A stretch of DNA of 63,940 nucleotides, the filler included. It is 5 parts of 5 records of this genome, joined end to end, with 100 filler letters (N's around TTAATTAATTAA, not from the genome) between each part and the next. Parts side by side here need not be neighbours in the genome. Positions count along the whole stretch, not along the records: positions 37,004 to 51,296 come from SRR2962707_2455; 4 more parts are not named here. One strand, given 5' to 3'. Made by a program: the position numbers and the translations under genes. Below are positions 37,936 through 47,590 of this stretch, in pieces. The notes beneath the pieces were generated by a model that did no database searches, was not told the DNA's origin, and saw nothing but the letters and a program-made list of their open reading frames with translations. Every line of letters begins with the position of its first letter. Within the stretch, counting starts at the first letter, position 1.

Positions 37936-39947
37936 CTGAACCATCACCATTAACATCCCCAAACGGCAACCCAACCAAACCCGCCGCCCGGCGTTTCCTG
38001 CCCAAAGGGGCAATATGGATCTTGCTGCTGTTTAGCACCTTTGCCTTGTGCGCAGCGCTGATCGGCATTTCCTGGCGCGCAGCAGACCTGGCCCGTGCGG
38101 ACTTGCAATCAGAGATCCGCCAGAAAGCGGAAATTGAAGCAAGAACGTTGGCCGAAAAGGTTGATTATGCCCTGCGACTCGGCATTCCCCTGAACGGGAT
38201 TGTCGGATTTTCGGCGGTCGTTGACCAATTAAAGGACGGTGATCCTGATTTGCGCTTTGCCGCCATTGTTCGCGATCAGAATGTCTTGTATGGCGGCGGC
38301 CTTACAACTGACGCCATTGGTCAGGCACTTGAACGCGCCACGCATGAAGATACGCCAAGTCATATCATTACCCGCATTCCTGTGGTTCACGATGACGATA
38401 GCACTATTGTCGATGATCTAGCGATTGTCGTTGGACATGACCACGCCGCTTTGATGCGTCCGGTTACAGATAACCTGTTTGATATCGCAATCATTTTCAT
38501 CATCACGCTCGCCTTGTCTTTCGAGCTGGTCCTTTTGGTGCTGACGGTCAATGTGGCATTGCCAATCCGGGTCGCAACGCGGGTTTTAACCAATGTGCGT
38601 GAACGGAAGTTCACAATCCTTCATGGTCAATCAACGCGCGATGAAATAGGCAGCTTCATGGAACATATCAACACCGTGATCAGCAAGACCGCGCACAAGG
38701 CCGGGATCAAGCCCCACCGTGAACGCGAAGTCAAACTGATCGGTGTGCGTTTGCTTGCATTCATGTTTGTTCTGGCCGAAGAACTTGCCCGCCCCGTCAT
38801 GCCGACTTTCTTTAGTCAAATCACCGCATCCAGCGTTGATGGCCAACTTGGGGCCGGCATTGTCATGGCCGTCCATTTGTTGATGGTCGCAATTGCAATG
38901 CCGCTTTGCAGTCTGTTTCAGGAACGTGTTGGATCCTTGCGCATGTACCTTGCCGGTGCGCTGCTTGCGACCATCGGTTTGTTTGGCACTGCCTTTGCCA
39001 CGGGCCTTTGGGATTTGATGCTGTGGCGCGCACTTTCGGGGATCGGCTATGCCACAACCTTTGTTGCGTGCCAGTCCTATGTTCTGGATGCAACCACCGA
39101 CAAAAATCGCACCCAGGGCACGGCGATGATGGTAAGCGGCATCATGCTTGCCGACATCTGCGGGCCCGCGGTTGGTGGTATTTTTGCTGGACATTTTGGC
39201 GAAAACATTACGTTCCTTACGGGGGCGACCGTCGCCTGCCTTGCGGTTGCACTTGCCTTCTTCTTAATGGACAATATGGTGCGCGGAAAAACACCGCCAC
39301 CTATCCCGACCCGCAAAGCTTTCAAGGCAATGTTGGCCAACCGCCAGCTACAGGTTCTGGTCCTGTTTGCCGCCGTTCCGGCCAAAATGATCTTAAGCGG
39401 GTTCCTTTATTACCTAACACCACTGATATTGTTCCAGTCGGGCGCGACGATGGCTGAAACCGGTCGTGTCATTATGCTGTACGGCCTTGTTGCGCTTTTG
39501 ACCGGTTGGGGTGCTGCGCGATGGACAGACCGCAAACAAAATGAAACCCGCGCCGTCGGAATTGGCGGTGCTTTGACCGCAATCGGTTTGTTGCTTGCGG
39601 GCTTTATGCCGCAATACGCTGTCTTTGCCTGTGCGGTTGCCATGCTTGGCCTTGCGCAAGCGACCTCTATTCCAGCGCAAGTGTCCGCCAGTTTGAAAAT
39701 CAGTTCCGATTTCACGCGCGACCACGGAACAGGCCCGGTATTGGCCGTTCTACGGTTGGCTGAACGTCTTGGTGGCGCATTGGGGCCGTTGCTTGCGGCG
39801 GGGCTAAGTCTTTGGATCGGGAATAGCAACGCGATTTTATGCTTTGGGATTTTTGCCGCTATTTCAGTGATTATATTTGAAATCTTTATCGGGCATGTCA
39901 CCCCCAACGCCGTCCAGAACACTGCCAAACAAAAGGATGCATCATGA
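37932..39947 (+). CDS. MFS transporter fused to an N-terminal periplasmic sensor-like domain and a HAMP-like linker
   Basis: TM-periplasm-TM, then PI..(TRDEIGSFMEHIN) HAMP-like motif, then ~390 aa of MFS (WRALSGIG, GPAVGG, GGALGPLLA). Confidence 0.85.
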   Translation: MTEPSPLTSPNGNPTKPAARRFLPKGAIWILLLFSTFALCAALIGISWRAADLARADLQSEIRQKAEIEARTLAEKVDYALRLGIPLNGIVGFSAVVDQLKDGDPDLRFAAIVRDQNVLYGGGLTTDAIGQALERATHEDTPSHIITRIPVVHDDDSTIVDDLAIVVGHDHAALMRPVTDNLFDIAIIFIITLALSFELVLLVLTVNVALPIRVATRVLTNVRERKFTILHGQSTRDEIGSFMEHINTVISKTAHKAGIKPHREREVKLIGVRLLAFMFVLAEELARPVMPTFFSQITASSVDGQLGAGIVMAVHLLMVAIAMPLCSLFQERVGSLRMYLAGALLATIGLFGTAFATGLWDLMLWRALSGIGYATTFVACQSYVLDATTDKNRTQGTAMMVSGIMLADICGPAVGGIFAGHFGENITFLTGATVACLAVALAFFLMDNMVRGKTPPPIPTRKAFKAMLANRQLQVLVLFAAVPAKMILSGFLYYLTPLILFQSGATMAETGRVIMLYGLVALLTGWGAARWTDRKQNETRAVGIGGALTAIGLLLAGFMPQYAVFACAVAMLGLAQATSIPAQVSASLKISSDFTRDHGTGPVLAVLRLAERLGGALGPLLAAGLSLWIGNSNAILCFGIFAAISVIIFEIFIGHVTPNAVQNTAKQKDAS

Positions 39948-40960
39948 ACCATCTGTTCAAAACATTTTGCATCCTTGTGCTGGCACTGGTTATCACGCCC
40001 GTGACCATCCAATTTGGTCAGGCACAAGAAACCAAGGCCGAACCACTGAATATCGCAATGATCCTGTGGCGCGGTGAAACCCGTGTTGAAGAAGGCTTTC
40101 GCGCCTATTTCAAGGAAAACGATATTGCGGTAAATCTGCAGATATACGATACCGAACGTGACCTTGGCCGCATCCCCGGTATTCTGGCCTCCATCCGGAA
40201 AAACCCGCCGGATCTGGTCTATACGTGGGGAACCGGAATTACCGCGACCGTTGCGGGTAAATATGATCAGGTTGATCCCGATAAAAACATTACCGAACTT
40301 CCTGTGGTTTTTGTCATGGTCTCATCGCCGTGGAAAACCGGTATTGCTGCACCATCAGGACAATCACGCCCCAATGTTACGGGTGCGACCCATATCGCAC
40401 CGTTAGCGGCACAGATACAGGCCATCCGTGCCTATCGCCCCATGACGAAGCTGGGCGTTGTCTATAACAGCGCAGAAGATAACTCGGTCTCCAATATCGA
40501 GGATTTAACCGCCCTTGGCGCTGAGATGGGGTTTGACGTTCTGAGTGCTCCGCTTGGCCAGAACAATGAAGTGCCATCTGCTGATGGTATCGCCCCGGCT
40601 GTTTCTGACCTTGCCAAGCGCGGGGCCGATATTCTCTATATCGGTCCGGACAACTTCATTGGCACCCATCGTGACGCCCTGACAGATGCCGGCTTTGCCA
40701 ACGGGCTTGCCGCCTTCACCGCCACCGAACTTGAAGTTCGCGACGGGCATGCGATGCTTGGCCTTGTCAGCCGCTATGAGCTGGTTGGTCGGCTTGCTGC
40801 AAACAAGGTCGAAGACATTCTGATTAATGGCGTATCCCCGGCCAACATTCCTGTTGAAACGCTTGATCGGTTTTCTTATCTGATCAGACTTTCTTCGGCG
40901 CGTAAACTGGCACTTTATCCACCGCTTTCACTTCTTGATTATGCTGAAATCATCGAATGA
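39944..40960 (+). CDS. ABC-type substrate-binding protein (ABC_sub_bind type), orphan
   Basis: Signal peptide (AQA|Q); PDLVYTWGT, LPVVF, NVTG and LGVVYNSAEDNS motifs; no permease gene adjacent. Confidence 0.85.
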   Translation: MNHLFKTFCILVLALVITPVTIQFGQAQETKAEPLNIAMILWRGETRVEEGFRAYFKENDIAVNLQIYDTERDLGRIPGILASIRKNPPDLVYTWGTGITATVAGKYDQVDPDKNITELPVVFVMVSSPWKTGIAAPSGQSRPNVTGATHIAPLAAQIQAIRAYRPMTKLGVVYNSAEDNSVSNIEDLTALGAEMGFDVLSAPLGQNNEVPSADGIAPAVSDLAKRGADILYIGPDNFIGTHRDALTDAGFANGLAAFTATELEVRDGHAMLGLVSRYELVGRLAANKVEDILINGVSPANIPVETLDRFSYLIRLSSARKLALYPPLSLLDYAEIIE

Positions 40961-41622
40961 CGAAGATCATCCGTCTTGGCGAAATCCATCTTCCTGCGGT
41001 AATTGCCCTGCATCGTAGCGTAATTTCCGACATCGATCCGGCCCTTGTCGCGGCGGAGACGGATGCCTTTTTCCAAGATCACATGTCTGATTGTGGTCAG
41101 ATATTTGGTATTTTCAACCAAGATGCCCTTGTCGCTTACGGCATCTTGGGGCTGCCACGACCAGATGATCCGAATTTTGGAACTGACCATAATCTGCCAT
41201 CTGAATTATTGGCAGACGTCGCCCATATCGATGGTGTCGCCATACGCAAAGACTGTCGTGGACATCACTGGCAACAAAAACTGACACTTCATCGGCTGGA
41301 ACAGGCCCGGGCATCTGGCCGCAAAATCGCACTCACCACTGTTGCACCGGGAAATTTTGCAAGCCTGATCAACATCCTGTCTGTCGGGATGACCATTCGC
41401 GGCCTGATAGATAAATACGGTGCAAAACGGTTTTTGATGCGTCTGGATCTCGACAAGGCATTAAAAACCATCACCCACGACAAGATTACCGACTGGTGCC
41501 CGGCAACAGATTTCACCCGGTGTCATGATTTTTTGAATTCTGGATATATTGGTGTGACGTTCCGAAAGACGACGTCGCAAAGCATGCCTGAAATCGGCTG
41601 GATGCTGCGTCACTGCATATAA
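40957..41622 (+). CDS. GNAT family N-acetyltransferase
   Basis: HIDGVAIRKDCRGHHW (motif A-like) and TVAPGNFASLINI (motif B-like); ATGA-coupled to the upstream gene. Confidence 0.8.
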   Translation: MTKIIRLGEIHLPAVIALHRSVISDIDPALVAAETDAFFQDHMSDCGQIFGIFNQDALVAYGILGLPRPDDPNFGTDHNLPSELLADVAHIDGVAIRKDCRGHHWQQKLTLHRLEQARASGRKIALTTVAPGNFASLINILSVGMTIRGLIDKYGAKRFLMRLDLDKALKTITHDKITDWCPATDFTRCHDFLNSGYIGVTFRKTTSQSMPEIGWMLRHCI

Positions 41623-42902
41623 GTGTAGTCTGGTTTCCCGGCCTGCGAAACGCTGTCACGCTGGTCATAGTATTGTTGCCAGTCACACGCATGCAAATTG
41701 GTTTCCCAATAACAGGCTGCCCCCTTGTGGAAGGGCAAAAAGTTGCCTTTGTCTTGCAAATCATCGGCATCAACACTGCTAAACGTTGGGAATTCGGTTT
41801 TCAGCTTTTCAATGTTTTCATGGATGATGCGTGTGATCCAATAGACGACATATGGATCGGCTGGCTCATATGCCAGAAGGGACGCCTTGAAGCCATATGA
41901 ACTAATGGCTTCATTTTGCCCGCTATAGGTCCGTGCTGGCAAAACCTGATTAAAGAAATACTGATTGGCGTCAACCAGCTTCTGGGTCAAAGGCCCGCCC
42001 ATACCGACGACCCGGGCATCACAATCAATACTTTCTTCAATAATGGATGCCGGGTGTCCGATCCACAGACCGAATGCATCAATGTAATCTTCGCAAATAC
42101 CAAGTCGGTTATAGTCCTGTGCAACCGTATAAACCGTTTCCAGGTCTTCAAGCTTGATGCCGTATTGCCCCAGAATTTCCAGCCACAATTCACGCGAAGC
42201 GGATCCTTCTGGTCCGATATTAATCCGTTTGCCGCGCAAATCCGCAATGCTGTTGATGTCTGAATCCTGACGCACAACCAAAAGCCCCATCTCGTCATGC
42301 AGCGACATGACCGACCGTGCGCCGGGGATTGGGTTGATACCCGCCTGCGCTTCCCAGTTATTGTTCGACTGAACAATCGTCAACTGAACCCGGCCTTCTT
42401 TCATCAGTTGAATATTGCTTCCCACCCCTTGTGATCGCAGTGGGACACAATGAACATGGTGACGGGCATAAGACTTGCGCATCATGTCGCAGATTTTTGC
42501 CGCCACCTGAAAATACACACCGTTCGTACTGCCACTATAAATTGCGGCATAGAAGGATCTTTCATGCTTTCCATCCCCCATGATCTCGGTGGTATTGGAA
42601 AGCGCGATAAGACTATCAGGGTCGCGAAACTTTCGACGATACTGCGACAAGGGAACGGCATCGGGCTTATAGATCAACCCGTCGTACAAATCGGGATTGG
42701 GCTCCGCCGGTTTTATGTCATCGGTATTGTACTGATCGACGTCAAAAGTTTGCACTTCAGACGTAGGGGCAGCAACTTGTGCCGCGGCACCGACGCTCAT
42801 CCCGCATCCAAGACACAGGGATGCAATCAACCACTTCGTTTTCTGTGCAAAATCAGAAGACAGGAACCACAAGGTCAATTTCACCACAAACAATTTGCGC
42901 AA
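41610..42902 (-). CDS. TAXI family TRAP solute-binding protein, orphan, with an N-terminal extension
   Basis: GSTNGVYF, SQGVGSNI, IVQSN, DLRGKRINIGPEGS and PFHKGA motifs. Start uncertain (TTG 42902). Confidence 0.85.
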   Translation of the reverse strand: MRKLFVVKLTLWFLSSDFAQKTKWLIASLCLGCGMSVGAAAQVAAPTSEVQTFDVDQYNTDDIKPAEPNPDLYDGLIYKPDAVPLSQYRRKFRDPDSLIALSNTTEIMGDGKHERSFYAAIYSGSTNGVYFQVAAKICDMMRKSYARHHVHCVPLRSQGVGSNIQLMKEGRVQLTIVQSNNNWEAQAGINPIPGARSVMSLHDEMGLLVVRQDSDINSIADLRGKRINIGPEGSASRELWLEILGQYGIKLEDLETVYTVAQDYNRLGICEDYIDAFGLWIGHPASIIEESIDCDARVVGMGGPLTQKLVDANQYFFNQVLPARTYSGQNEAISSYGFKASLLAYEPADPYVVYWITRIIHENIEKLKTEFPTFSSVDADDLQDKGNFLPFHKGAACYWETNLHACDWQQYYDQRDSVSQAGKPDYTYMQ

Positions 42903-43118
42903 CGATCTTCAGTCTACTGGATTGGACCCTCAACCGTCGAGCATCAATATAGCGCGACCCCGATAAATAATGAGGTGCATGTTCCAAGTTTCTCAGACAT
43001 TTACCCCGCACTTTCGCACAAATTGTATTTGACGATTCATGATAGGCTTATCATAACCAAGAGTATGATCAAACTTGCCTATACTTCGCCATAGGGTCCA
43101 AACACCTAGGAACATTCT

Positions 43119-44192
43119 GTGACACCCTTGAATGCATTTGCACCAGAACGTGACGAGATATATCAGGCAGTCGAAATCATCTCCTCATGGTCAGATTATT
43201 GTCAAAGTCCCTTGCTTCCATGCCCGGGGCTTGCGGCAGAACTTGGTGTTGGCGCCGTCTGGATCAAAGATGAAAGCAAACGGTTTGGCCTTGGCGGTGT
43301 TAAGGCGCTTGGTGCGCCATATGGCTTAAAGCAACAGCTTCTTAAACTTGGGCTAGAACCCGGCAGTCCTGAATGCCGAAACTATGTCGCCATCGCCGCA
43401 ACCGATGGCAATCATGGTCTTGCGACCGCTTGGGCCGCGGCAAAGTTCAATTGCCGGGCAAGGATATTTGTCGGCGGTGACGTTGATCCGGCCCGGATGC
43501 GGCGCATTCAAGACAATGGTGCTGAACTGGTTTATGTCGACGGCACCTATGATGATGCGGTGATTGCGGCCAGTAATGCCGCAACCGCCCCGGATGCATT
43601 GTTGATTACCGACACAGATTACAAAGGTGATCAGGACGTCACCCGTGACATCATGGCCGGATACGCTGTTCTTGGCGTTGAATGCGCCCGTCAACTTCAC
43701 GAACATAATGCTGAAATTGACAGCATGTTTTTACAATGCGGCGTTGGCGGCATGGCAGCGGGCTGTGCGATTGGCATGTGGCATCAAACGGGAAAGAAAC
43801 CAAAAGTTTATACGGTCGAACCCGAAAGTGCCGCCTGCGTCAAATCGAGCATTGATCGCAATACATTGACCCGTGTGCCGGGAAAATTGCTGACCCGCAT
43901 GGTTGGACTGTCTTGTGGTTGCCCCAGTCTGTCAGCATTTGAAATTCTCCGGGAAGTCTCAGTGGGCAATATCGTCATTGACGATGCAATTGCAAAGCGC
44001 GTGCAAGACAGACTGACATTGGGCGTTGGCGCAGACCCGGCACTTGATACCTGGGACACCGGGATATCTGGCATTGCTGGCCTATGGCATGTCGCCGAAA
44101 ACCCGGCATTACGCCAAAAATTCGGGATCACCCCGACCAGTCGCCTGCTGGTCATCAATAGCGAAGGCGCAATCCCGGACGAATATCTTTGA
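43119..44192 (+). CDS. PLP-dependent diaminopropionate ammonia-lyase-like enzyme
   Basis: IKDESKRFGLGGVKALG (PLP Lys), ATDGNHG, IMAGY, LQCGVGG and INSEG motifs. GTG start after AGGA. Confidence 0.85.
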   Translation: MTPLNAFAPERDEIYQAVEIISSWSDYCQSPLLPCPGLAAELGVGAVWIKDESKRFGLGGVKALGAPYGLKQQLLKLGLEPGSPECRNYVAIAATDGNHGLATAWAAAKFNCRARIFVGGDVDPARMRRIQDNGAELVYVDGTYDDAVIAASNAATAPDALLITDTDYKGDQDVTRDIMAGYAVLGVECARQLHEHNAEIDSMFLQCGVGGMAAGCAIGMWHQTGKKPKVYTVEPESAACVKSSIDRNTLTRVPGKLLTRMVGLSCGCPSLSAFEILREVSVGNIVIDDAIAKRVQDRLTLGVGADPALDTWDTGISGIAGLWHVAENPALRQKFGITPTSRLLVINSEGAIPDEYL

Positions 44193-44295
44193 TGGATAAC
44201 GTATCATTATTGCGCCCCCTGCTGGACAGTTCATCTCGCCATGATACAGTTGTGCGCAACAATGTCGGGGTGGTTTTTTGGGGACCGGTAAATCA

Positions 44296-45945
44296 ATGAA
44301 GTTGCTGGAATTGTTATCCTTAGATGATAACAAGCTTGTCGCGAAACTTGTCGTTGCCGGTATCCTTTCCGGTGTCGGCAGCGCAGCACTTCTTGGCATC
44401 GTGAACATGGCCGCCGAGGAAATCACCGACAATGGCGTTGATAAGGTCAACTGGCTGTTGGCATCTGGCTTTATCTTGATTGCCGTTGTCTATTTTCTCG
44501 CCGAGGTATTTTTGATCGGCCGCATCGCCCGTCAGATCGAAGCCGGTATTGATCGGGTCCGCAAGAAACTGCTTTCACAAATCGCTGATGCCGATTTTGC
44601 CCAACTTGAAGTTTTCGGCCAGACACGACTTTTTGACAGCATTACTCAAAGCTCTCAAAGCATCTCGCAACATTCCCACATGATCGGGATGGCGTTTAGA
44701 AGCCTGTTGTTGCTGGTTGCGGTTATGGCCTATGTCTTCTGGCTCTCAATACTGGCCTTTTTTATTATTGTGATCGTCGTCGGGACCGGCATTGCCATCT
44801 ATTTGCGGATGAATAAAACCCTGACCGAGTGGTTTGGTAAACTCCATCAGGTTGAAACAATCCTGTTTGGCAAAATTTCCGATCTGTTCGCCGGTATCAA
44901 AGAAGTCCGTATGTGGTCGAAACGCAGCGATACTTTCGCAATTGCATTTGACAAGGCGTCCGCAAACAAGGCCGAAATCGGCAAATCCGCCCAAGCCATG
45001 ATCTCTCGCCAAATGATCATGGGTATTTCTGCCTTTTACATCCTTCTGGCAATTATCGTTTTTATCGTACCGGTTTATTCCGACAGCATTGATACAGATG
45101 TTGCAAAAATCAGCACCGCGGTACTTTTCATGATTGGGCCAATCAGCATTATTGTCCAATCGATGTCCGTTCTGGGGATGGCCGAACAATCGGCAGGGCG
45201 CATGATCCAGCTTTCAAATGACCTTGAAGCTATCCGTGAACCCATTGCCGAAGATGGCATGACACTGAGCGAAAACTTTGATCAGGTCAGCTTTGATGAT
45301 GTTTCCTTTACCTACCCGAACAGCGACAAACACCATGGATTTGCCCTTGGCCCGATTGACCTCACAGTCAAACGCGGAGACCTTCTGTTTATCACGGGTG
45401 GAAATGGTGCAGGAAAATCAACCCTGATCAAGTTGCTCACCGGGCTTTACCGCCCGACCTCCGGCAAAATCAGGATCAATGAAACACAGCTTGGTCCGCA
45501 AAGCCTTTTTGCCTATCGCAACCTGATCGCGACCGTATTTTCGGACTCCCATTTGTTTGAAGACCTTTCTGGCACAGCTGAGATCATGGACGACGATGCG
45601 CAATACTGGATCGAACGGTTCGAGCTATCCCATGTGACGGGTATTCGCGACAAACGATATGCCACCATTGATCTGTCTGCTGGCCAACGCAAACGCCTTG
45701 CTCTCATCACCGCGATCCTTGAAAAACGGCCGATCATTGTTCTTGATGAATGGGCTGCTGATCAGGACCCTTATTTCCGCAAGAAGTTCTACCGTGAAAT
45801 CCTGCCGGAAATGAAACAGCGCGGGATAACAATCATCGCCGTTACCCATGACGACCATTATTTTGATATCGCCGATCGTCGGTTGCATCTTGAAACAGGA
45901 AAGCTGACCGAGCTTGACCTGAATGATCCACGCGGGAGGATTTAA
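44296..45945 (+). CDS. Cyclic peptide export ABC transporter (SyrD/PvdE/YojI family), copy 1
   Basis: TM domain with GIKEV; GGNGAGKST, LSAGQRKRLAL, the family motif DEWAADQDP and VTHDD. Confidence 0.93.
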   Translation: MKLLELLSLDDNKLVAKLVVAGILSGVGSAALLGIVNMAAEEITDNGVDKVNWLLASGFILIAVVYFLAEVFLIGRIARQIEAGIDRVRKKLLSQIADADFAQLEVFGQTRLFDSITQSSQSISQHSHMIGMAFRSLLLLVAVMAYVFWLSILAFFIIVIVVGTGIAIYLRMNKTLTEWFGKLHQVETILFGKISDLFAGIKEVRMWSKRSDTFAIAFDKASANKAEIGKSAQAMISRQMIMGISAFYILLAIIVFIVPVYSDSIDTDVAKISTAVLFMIGPISIIVQSMSVLGMAEQSAGRMIQLSNDLEAIREPIAEDGMTLSENFDQVSFDDVSFTYPNSDKHHGFALGPIDLTVKRGDLLFITGGNGAGKSTLIKLLTGLYRPTSGKIRINETQLGPQSLFAYRNLIATVFSDSHLFEDLSGTAEIMDDDAQYWIERFELSHVTGIRDKRYATIDLSAGQRKRLALITAILEKRPIIVLDEWAADQDPYFRKKFYREILPEMKQRGITIIAVTHDDHYFDIADRRLHLETGKLTELDLNDPRGRI

Positions 45946-45946
45946 C

Positions 45947-47587
45947 ATGTTGTTATTCAACATCCTTCGCACCCGCGCCAAGATCAGTATGCGGACCGTT
46001 ATTGCCCTTCTGACCATGTCAGCAGTATCAACGACCATGGTTCTGGTCATTGTAAATATGGCATCCGATCAGGCCGAAGAGGGCACAATCAGCCTCCGCT
46101 TTTTGGCTTTGATGTGTTTATCGCTGATCGGGTTCATCTGGTCTCAGCACAAAGCAGATACCCTTGTTTCCGCAGAGGTAGAAAGCATCCTGCACCAGTT
46201 CCGACTATCGCTGTTTGACAAGGTTCGCACATCCTCGCCCGAGACGCTTGAAACCGTCGGTCAGGGACCTATTCAAAGTGCGATGACCCAAGAAATGCAG
46301 ACCATTTCAAACACACTGCCGATGCTTATGAATGGCGTCCAGCAGTTGGTTTTGATCTTGTTTGTCAGTCTCTATCTTGCGTGGCTGTCGCTGTTTGCCC
46401 TTGCCATGATCGCGGTACTCGCAGCCTTGGCCGTCGGTATTCATCTTTATCGTATTAAACGCGTGAATATCGCCATTCGCGAGGCCGCCGAAGATGAAGG
46501 AAAGCTGTTTGGCGGGTTAAGCGATCTTTTGAATGGCTTCAAGGAAGTGAAGATGAACAATCTTCGCCGCGACACCCTAGTTTCGCGACTTCATGAACGA
46601 TCCTTGCGGACCCGCGACACCAAGGCCGAAATCAAACAGCAATGGAGCCGCGAAACATCGGCTGTGCAGCTTGCCTTTTATGTGATGATGGCTGCGATGG
46701 TCTTCATCGTACCTATTTTCACCTCCGACTATCATGACGTCGCCGTACAGGTCACAACAGCAACCCTGTTCCTGTTTGGCCCGATCGGATCGACCATCAT
46801 GACCCTGCCGAGTTTTAATGAAACGGAAGCCGCGCTGGCAAAGGTTATCGACCTGCAAGAAGAACTTGGAGAAGCGCTTGGCAAGCAGCAGGACCAAGAA
46901 GCAAAAGCGAGCATTGCAGCTGATAGCAACACCCCGCTTGGAGACATTCGTGACATTGTCCTCAAAGATGTGCGTTTCACCTATCCCGGAGCGACGGGTG
47001 GGTTTGCTGTTGGCCCCTTGAATGCCAGCTTCAAACGCGGCGAGATCGTCTTCATCACCGGTGGCAACGGGGCGGGGAAATCGACGATGATTTCGCTTTT
47101 GACCGGCCTCCGTGCCTTTGATGACGGCGAAATTCTGGTCAATGGCAGGGCATTGCGCATCGATCAGATTCAGGAATATCGCGATCAATTTGCCTCGGTC
47201 CTGTCGGGATATCATTTGTTTGACGAGCTGTACGGGATTGATCCGATCGATGCGGATAAGGTCGCGGAACTGCTTACACAGATGGAAATTGCCGATAAGG
47301 TTACCCTTGATGGCAATACATTTTCGACCATTTCCCTGTCACAGGGACAGCGCAAGCGTCTTGCCCTGATTACCGCCCTGCTTGAAGAAAAGCCGGTTCT
47401 TGTTCTTGATGAATGGGCAGCGGATCAGGACCCGCATTTCCGGTCGGTCTTTTACGAAAAATTGCTGCCGTCCCTGCGCAAACAAGGCAAGATTCTGATT
47501 TGTGTCACCCATGATGACAGATGGTTCCATCTTGCTGATCGTATCTATCATGTTCAAGATGGCGTGTTCGATGCAGCGCGCGAATAA
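45947..47587 (+). CDS. Cyclic peptide export ABC transporter (SyrD/PvdE/YojI family), copy 2
   Basis: GFKEVK, GGNGAGKST, LSQGQRKRLAL, DEWAADQDP and VTHDD. ATG 45947 after GGAGGA. Confidence 0.93.
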   Translation: MLLFNILRTRAKISMRTVIALLTMSAVSTTMVLVIVNMASDQAEEGTISLRFLALMCLSLIGFIWSQHKADTLVSAEVESILHQFRLSLFDKVRTSSPETLETVGQGPIQSAMTQEMQTISNTLPMLMNGVQQLVLILFVSLYLAWLSLFALAMIAVLAALAVGIHLYRIKRVNIAIREAAEDEGKLFGGLSDLLNGFKEVKMNNLRRDTLVSRLHERSLRTRDTKAEIKQQWSRETSAVQLAFYVMMAAMVFIVPIFTSDYHDVAVQVTTATLFLFGPIGSTIMTLPSFNETEAALAKVIDLQEELGEALGKQQDQEAKASIAADSNTPLGDIRDIVLKDVRFTYPGATGGFAVGPLNASFKRGEIVFITGGNGAGKSTMISLLTGLRAFDDGEILVNGRALRIDQIQEYRDQFASVLSGYHLFDELYGIDPIDADKVAELLTQMEIADKVTLDGNTFSTISLSQGQRKRLALITALLEEKPVLVLDEWAADQDPHFRSVFYEKLLPSLRKQGKILICVTHDDRWFHLADRIYHVQDGVFDAARE

Positions 47588-47590
47588 GCC

